Below are positions 59,789 to 64,000 of a DNA stretch of 64,000 nucleotides, piece after piece (the stretch's first letter is position 1; each line of letters starts with the position of its first letter). This stretch comes from Cyclobacteriaceae bacterium (GTDB lineage: Bacteria; Bacteroidota; Bacteroidia; Cytophagales; Cyclobacteriaceae), in NCBI GenBank assembly GCA_965267435.1, contig OZ253960.1, positions 4,368,505 through 4,432,504 on the forward strand, read 5' to 3'. A program made the translations under genes and the position numbers. The notes beneath the pieces are model-generated. The model was not told the origin of the DNA. It saw only the letters and a list, made by a program, of their open reading frames with translations, and searched no databases.

Positions 59789-61057
59789 ATGAAAAAGGTA
59801 ATGGTCTTTCCATGTGGCTCCGAGATTGGCCTCGAAATCCATCGTGCCCTACGTCATTTCCCTGGCGTGGAATTGGTAGGCGCAAGTTCCACAGATGGCC
59901 ATGGCCGGTTTGTGTACGAGCATTATGTTGCCAATGTCCCTCACTACTCAGAGGCGCATTTCATCGAGGCCGTCGCGAAGATCACCGAAGAGCTAGCCAT
60001 AGACTTCATATTCCCCGCCCATGATGGCGCACTCCTGAAGCTGATAGAACATCAGGCATTGCTCGCACCCACCATTGTCACTTCTCCCCTTGCCACGTGC
60101 CAGATATGCAGATCAAAGCGGAAAACCTACGAAGCGCTGAAAGGTACTATCCACGTACCCACAGTATATGATCAAAGTGACCAATTATCATTCCCCGTCT
60201 TTTTAAAGCCGGAGGTTGGACAAGGCAGTAAGGGTACCTATCTGGCCCTTGACGAAAATGATTTCCAATTCTATTCGGCTAAAGACCCGTCGCTGATGGT
60301 ACTCGAATACCTGCCGGGAGCTGAATATACCGTGGACTGTTTCACAGACCAGCACGGTAATTTGTTGATCGCCCAGCCAAGGGAGAGACTTAGAATAATG
60401 AATGGCATCAGCGTGAAGTCTCGCCTGGTGACTGACCAACGACTTAGCGAAATGGCCACCTCCATCAATGAAGCACTGCAGCTGCATGGTGCATGGTTCT
60501 TTCAGGCCAAAGAAAATGCCCAAGGCGAGCCTGTCCTGCTCGAAGTAGCTCCCAGACCGGCCTCCAGCACAGGGATCCTGCGACTGCACGGTCTCAATCT
60601 GATAGAAATGACGCTGCAGGAGCGGCTCGGAAATGAACCTGTGGCTATTAAAAACCCTATTCAGCTCGAAGTAGATCGTGCCCTTGATACGGTCGGTGCG
60701 TGGGGGGACCTGCTATTCAACAAAATCTATATCAGGGCTGAGGGCACGCTCATACACAACAATCTCCCCAACCCATCGGTGATGAAGCTCCTGTATAGTG
60801 CTCGCAACCTTTGCCATCAGGTGATACTGGTGTCCCTGGAAGAGACGGACTTCCCGCACTTGCTGGATCAATTGGGGATCCATGAAAGTTTGTTCGACGA
60901 AACGAAACTGCTGAAAGACCTGGACGAACTCCTCCAGTATTTGGACCAGGAAAGCTCTATTTACGTGGATGGCGATTCGCGGGTAAGGGCCACGGTTGCA
61001 AGTAGGGCAAAGGTTCCCGTATTTGCATTGGACACAATGGACACTCTTTATACATAA
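59789..61057 (+). CDS. ATP-grasp enzyme with a degenerate HAD-like C-terminal extension
   Basis: MKKVMVFPCGSEIGLEI pre-ATP-grasp region, VFLKPEVGQGSKG, LEYLPGAEYTVDC and LLEVAPRPASS motifs. The C-terminal 115 aa carries HAD-like motifs with the nucleophile positions replaced (IYIRAEGTLI, ILVSL, YVDGDS). Confidence 0.8.
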   Translation: MKKVMVFPCGSEIGLEIHRALRHFPGVELVGASSTDGHGRFVYEHYVANVPHYSEAHFIEAVAKITEELAIDFIFPAHDGALLKLIEHQALLAPTIVTSPLATCQICRSKRKTYEALKGTIHVPTVYDQSDQLSFPVFLKPEVGQGSKGTYLALDENDFQFYSAKDPSLMVLEYLPGAEYTVDCFTDQHGNLLIAQPRERLRIMNGISVKSRLVTDQRLSEMATSINEALQLHGAWFFQAKENAQGEPVLLEVAPRPASSTGILRLHGLNLIEMTLQERLGNEPVAIKNPIQLEVDRALDTVGAWGDLLFNKIYIRAEGTLIHNNLPNPSVMKLLYSARNLCHQVILVSLEETDFPHLLDQLGIHESLFDETKLLKDLDELLQYLDQESSIYVDGDSRVRATVASRAKVPVFALDTMDTLYT

Positions 61058-61097
61058 GGATCAAGCTACTTTTTCAACTACCCAAAACCTCACTGAA

Positions 61098-62234
61098 ATG
61101 CTAAACGAAGTTCTAGACGCCACCAAGATCCCCTTCGTGCTGCCAGAGTTTCACTGCTCTGACGACCTGTTGGACAATATCAGGAACATACTCGAATCGG
61201 GAATAGTGACGAACAATGGACCCATTGTCCGGCGTTTTGAAGAGCAGATGGCCACCTACATGGGCGCCAAACATGTGGTCGCGGTATCATCAGGCTCAAT
61301 GGCCCTATTGCTGTCGCTTACGGCTCTGGACCTCAAACCTGGCAAAGTTGTCCTTCCGGCCTATACTTACATTTCCACACTCAATGCCATCGTCCACCGA
61401 GGCCTGGAGCCATTATTCTGCGATATAGATCCAACAACCTACACGATGGATCCCGATCATCTTGAACATCTGATCCAACACCATCCAGACATCCGATGCG
61501 TCATCCCAGTAAATGTCTTTGGTGTCCATCCTGACCTCGAAGTCATCGCGGAGCTATGTCGCCAGGAAATTCCCATCCTGTATGACAACGCTCACGGTCT
61601 CGGCACGCAACTCAACGGCCGATTGCTACCATCCGAACCTGACGTACAGATCTTCAGTTTGCATGCGACAAAAGTATTCCCGGCCATCGAAGGTGGGCTT
61701 ATCGTTGTCAGTGATGAGCAGACCAAAGGGGTCATTGAGACGCTTCGGAATCACGGCTTGTCCACCGAGCTCCATAAGATCCGTAATGGCTACAATGCCA
61801 AACTGGATGAAGTCCGGGCGATCATCGGCTTGAACACACTGAGCCGTTTTGAGGAAACCCTGGCTTCGAGGAGGGAAATCGGCGCAAAAATTCAGGTGGG
61901 CTTGAAAAAGTATGCAGACCTGCTGGCCCTACAATCAATTCCACCTGGCATCGAATCCAACTACCAAAACCTGGCTGTTTTATTCAAAAGAAAATTACCC
62001 TCTGAAGGCATCGAGGGTATCGTGCAACAGCTTCAGGGAAGGGGGCTCATGGCTCGCAGGTACTTTCACCCTCCACTGCACCTGATAGAAGGATTCAAGG
62101 GTCAACTCCCGTTACCCAGAACGGAACATGTCTGGCATCACTCGATCTCGCTACCCATCCACAGCAGCATGTCGGACTCAGCACTCCAGAAAATGTTTGC
62201 GATCGTTGATGAGACCTGTGAAGAGCTAGGGTGA
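61098..62234 (+). CDS. DegT/DnrJ/EryC1/StrS-family sugar aminotransferase
   Basis: Start moved to the ATG at 61098 (MLNEVLDATKIPF). VAVSSGSMALLL and the PLP lysine context FSLHATK. Confidence 0.88.
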   Translation: MLNEVLDATKIPFVLPEFHCSDDLLDNIRNILESGIVTNNGPIVRRFEEQMATYMGAKHVVAVSSGSMALLLSLTALDLKPGKVVLPAYTYISTLNAIVHRGLEPLFCDIDPTTYTMDPDHLEHLIQHHPDIRCVIPVNVFGVHPDLEVIAELCRQEIPILYDNAHGLGTQLNGRLLPSEPDVQIFSLHATKVFPAIEGGLIVVSDEQTKGVIETLRNHGLSTELHKIRNGYNAKLDEVRAIIGLNTLSRFEETLASRREIGAKIQVGLKKYADLLALQSIPPGIESNYQNLAVLFKRKLPSEGIEGIVQQLQGRGLMARRYFHPPLHLIEGFKGQLPLPRTEHVWHHSISLPIHSSMSDSALQKMFAIVDETCEELG

Positions 62235-62239
62235 ACTGC

Positions 62240-63367
62240 TCAGGCTCCCGAATGATTTTCAGCCAGGAAATCGTCGAAGTCCTTGACGAATTGCTCCCTT
62301 GAAAAGGTTGCTGCTCTTTTGGCGCCTTTTTCGATCAATGCCTCACGCAGATCGTCATCTTTCACCTTGTGCATCAGCCGAGCAAGCGAGCCGACCTCGC
62401 CGTCAACCCACAAGAGCGAGGAGCCATCACTTATCTCTGGCAGTGAGCCAGAAGCCGCAATAATCGTTGGCACTCTATGTTGCATGGCTTCGACCAGCGG
62501 TATGCCAAAGCCTTCGTCAAGACTTGGAAACAGATAGGCAAATGCCTGTTCGAAATAGGCAGGAATATCAGCCTCAGGAACATAGCCCGTCATGATCACC
62601 TCTCCCTCCAGGGCTAAGGCCGAAATCATCTGCCGTAGTTCCTCCTCGACGTTCAATAGGGTGCTGGGAGAGGGACCTCCCACGAGCACCAATGGGTTGT
62701 CCCCCCATCCTTCTCTTCGAAAGAGCGAATAAGCCTCCAACAGCACCTTCAGATTCTTTCTCTTCTCGAGTGTCCCGACGTGCAGGAAGAAATTTGAAGT
62801 GTCCAAGGCACTGGCATTGTCAACTTTGATGGTCCTCGGACATTGGTAGATCACGCTAATGGATCTTAGAGACGGTACGTATTCTCTAACCTTCTGCGCC
62901 GTGTACGTGGAGGTGGCCACCAATTCATGACGATTGGCTCGCATCCCCAGGTGCACTAGTCCCAACATCCACCTGCGCCATACAGGATGGTAGGAATCCT
63001 TCCGTTCCCAATAAAATACGTCATGGAAAACGATCACTACCAATTTCCCAGTGGGAACTATAGGGGCTATGTAGTCCGGTACCAGTATGATATCTGCTCT
63101 CCTGATCAGTGCCAGGCCCGGGAGCACGATGTGCTTCCAAAAGAAATAAAAGGAATGAAAGAGTACCTTTTTGCCCCAATTCATCCGACCATGGAAGAAC
63201 CGGACCTGCCTGAACCACCGATAAGCCGGAATCAGGTACCGGGACTTTAGCTTCGGATGAGACTGGGCCCCTTCCACCAACTCCAGGATGTAGGTTCGAA
63301 TCCCCGTGCGAGCAATGAGCAGCAAGCTCGTATCGATCATCACTCGAGGGCTACGAGAACGGTCCAT
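62240..63367 (-). CDS. glycosyltransferase family 4 (GT-B, retaining type)
   Basis: C-terminal EX7E-type motif FPSLDEGFGIPLVEAM; 375 aa. Confidence 0.88.
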   Translation of the reverse strand: MDRSRSPRVMIDTSLLLIARTGIRTYILELVEGAQSHPKLKSRYLIPAYRWFRQVRFFHGRMNWGKKVLFHSFYFFWKHIVLPGLALIRRADIILVPDYIAPIVPTGKLVVIVFHDVFYWERKDSYHPVWRRWMLGLVHLGMRANRHELVATSTYTAQKVREYVPSLRSISVIYQCPRTIKVDNASALDTSNFFLHVGTLEKRKNLKVLLEAYSLFRREGWGDNPLVLVGGPSPSTLLNVEEELRQMISALALEGEVIMTGYVPEADIPAYFEQAFAYLFPSLDEGFGIPLVEAMQHRVPTIIAASGSLPEISDGSSLLWVDGEVGSLARLMHKVKDDDLREALIEKGAKRAATFSREQFVKDFDDFLAENHSGA

Positions 63368-63377
63368 CCTTAAGAGG

Positions 63378-64000
63378 CTAATCGAAGCTCTCCGTAATGA
63401 TCACTGGTTTTCCCTCCAGGGTCTTATGGACAGGGCATCTATCAGCTATTTCTATCAGTCGCTTACGCTGCTCTGGAGTGAGATCACCCTCAATTCTAAT
63501 GCGCCTTTTGATCTGGTCGATTTTGCCTCCCGGTTTTTCACTGCTTTGGCCATCTACCTGATGGACCTTGTCATGCGTGAGCTGCACTTCCACTTCCTCC
63601 AAGGCTATTTTCTTGTGGTCGGCATACATCCGAAGCGTCATCGCCGTGCACGTCCCCAATGCTGTCAGCAGGTAACCATAGGGGGACGGCCCTAGATCCT
63701 TGCCACCTACACTCTTCGGTTCATCTCCCAGGAGTTTGTGACTCCCAGCAGTGATTTCTGTAGTGAAACCACTATCCGACAGTCGGGTCCACACCTCGCC
63801 CTCTGGAGCAATCTCCTCCTCGTGGTCAGGCACAATGTACCTCATCGCCCAGGTGGCGACGACGGATCCCACGTACCGTGAGTCTTCTGGCCTGGACATG
63901 AGATGATCTGCGCCATCCAATGTTACAAAGCTCTTGGGGTGTCGCGCCTTCAAATAGATATCCGAGGCATTGTCAATACCGACTGTACTGTCCTGCGGCG
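63378..64000 (-). CDS. bifunctional alpha/beta hydrolase / OsmC-family protein; N-terminus outside the window
   Basis: The frame stays open upstream of the track start (PQDSTVGIDNASDIYLKARHPKSFVTLDGADHLM). The C-terminal 140 aa is OsmC-like (GPSPYGYLLTALGTCTAMTL ... RCPVHKTL). Confidence 0.8.
   Translation of the reverse strand, partial: PQDSTVGIDNASDIYLKARHPKSFVTLDGADHLMSRPEDSRYVGSVVATWAMRYIVPDHEEEIAPEGEVWTRLSDSGFTTEITAGSHKLLGDEPKSVGGKDLGPSPYGYLLTALGTCTAMTLRMYADHKKIALEEVEVQLTHDKVHQVDGQSSEKPGGKIDQIKRRIRIEGDLTPEQRKRLIEIADRCPVHKTLEGKPVIITESFD

Noticed and set aside
58305-61057. A graspetide (microviridin-like RiPP) locus: an ATP-grasp enzyme plus nearby small ORFs, one containing IIPFSRFAF, which is reminiscent of the PFFARFL leader motif.
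   Set aside because: The ATP-grasp protein looks like the carbamoyl-phosphate-synthase/PylC-like sugar-cluster type rather than MdnB/MdnC. The small ORFs lack a Thr/Ser plus Asp/Glu-rich core. The motif occurs in an ORF antisense to another equally weak ORF.
63293-63303. GGTTCGAATCC, a tRNA T-loop-like string.
   Set aside because: It lies inside the GT4 coding sequence. The flanks cannot form a 5-bp T stem (GTAGG versus CCCCG), and no acceptor or anticodon arms are present.
1-64000. A search for CRISPR arrays, rRNA/tRNA genes, IS elements and prophage genes.
   Set aside because: By eye there are no regularly spaced direct repeats, no rRNA-like or cloverleaf-compatible sequences in the intergenic regions, and no transposase, integrase-with-att or phage structural ORFs. 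A tRNAscan or Infernal run would be needed for certainty.

Overview
This 64-kb window reads as a densely packed, mostly housekeeping stretch of a Bacteroidota chromosome, probably Cytophagia- or Flavobacteriia-like. The taxon call rests on several signals: a T9SS C-terminal sorting domain, exact TAnnTTTG -7 promoter boxes close to start codons, and no Shine-Dalgarno signals. Synteny agrees, with purH-mreB-mreC-mreD-mrdA-rodA, nadK-DUF6089-uppS-bamA-ompH-ompH and rpsU-recombinase-hpf blocks. I call about 60 CDS. The main blocks are: the elongasome operon; fdx-tdk-(PorZ-like)-recO; a 2OG oxygenase plus chrA; and the BamA/Skp/UppS outer-membrane block with two DUF6089 (PorG-like) barrels. They continue with pdxJ, metK and an oadGAB sodium-pumping decarboxylase operon, then rimP-nusA-infB, cysS, glyQS, dgt, an MMPL/RND transporter and ileS-lspA. 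A small sugar-modification cluster (ATP-grasp, DegT aminotransferase, GT4) lies at the right end. A PLP aminotransferase at the left edge and an alpha/beta-hydrolase/OsmC fusion at the right edge are missing or incomplete in the ORF track. Both run off the window, and I recovered them by manual translation. I found no rRNA, tRNA, CRISPR array, transposase or phage gene by eye. I do not see a convincing novel multi-gene system. The best unexplained items are two large convergent spacers: 40854-41229, which is strongly base-paired and a candidate orphan ncRNA, and 58238-58709. Smaller items are a terminator-like hairpin in the rimP-nusA-infB leader, a frameshifted DUF2905 gene, an ATP-grasp enzyme with a degenerate HAD-like tail, and one conserved-looking hypothetical protein divergent from a 2Fe-2S ferredoxin. 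All functional calls come from motif and family recognition by eye; no database search was run.
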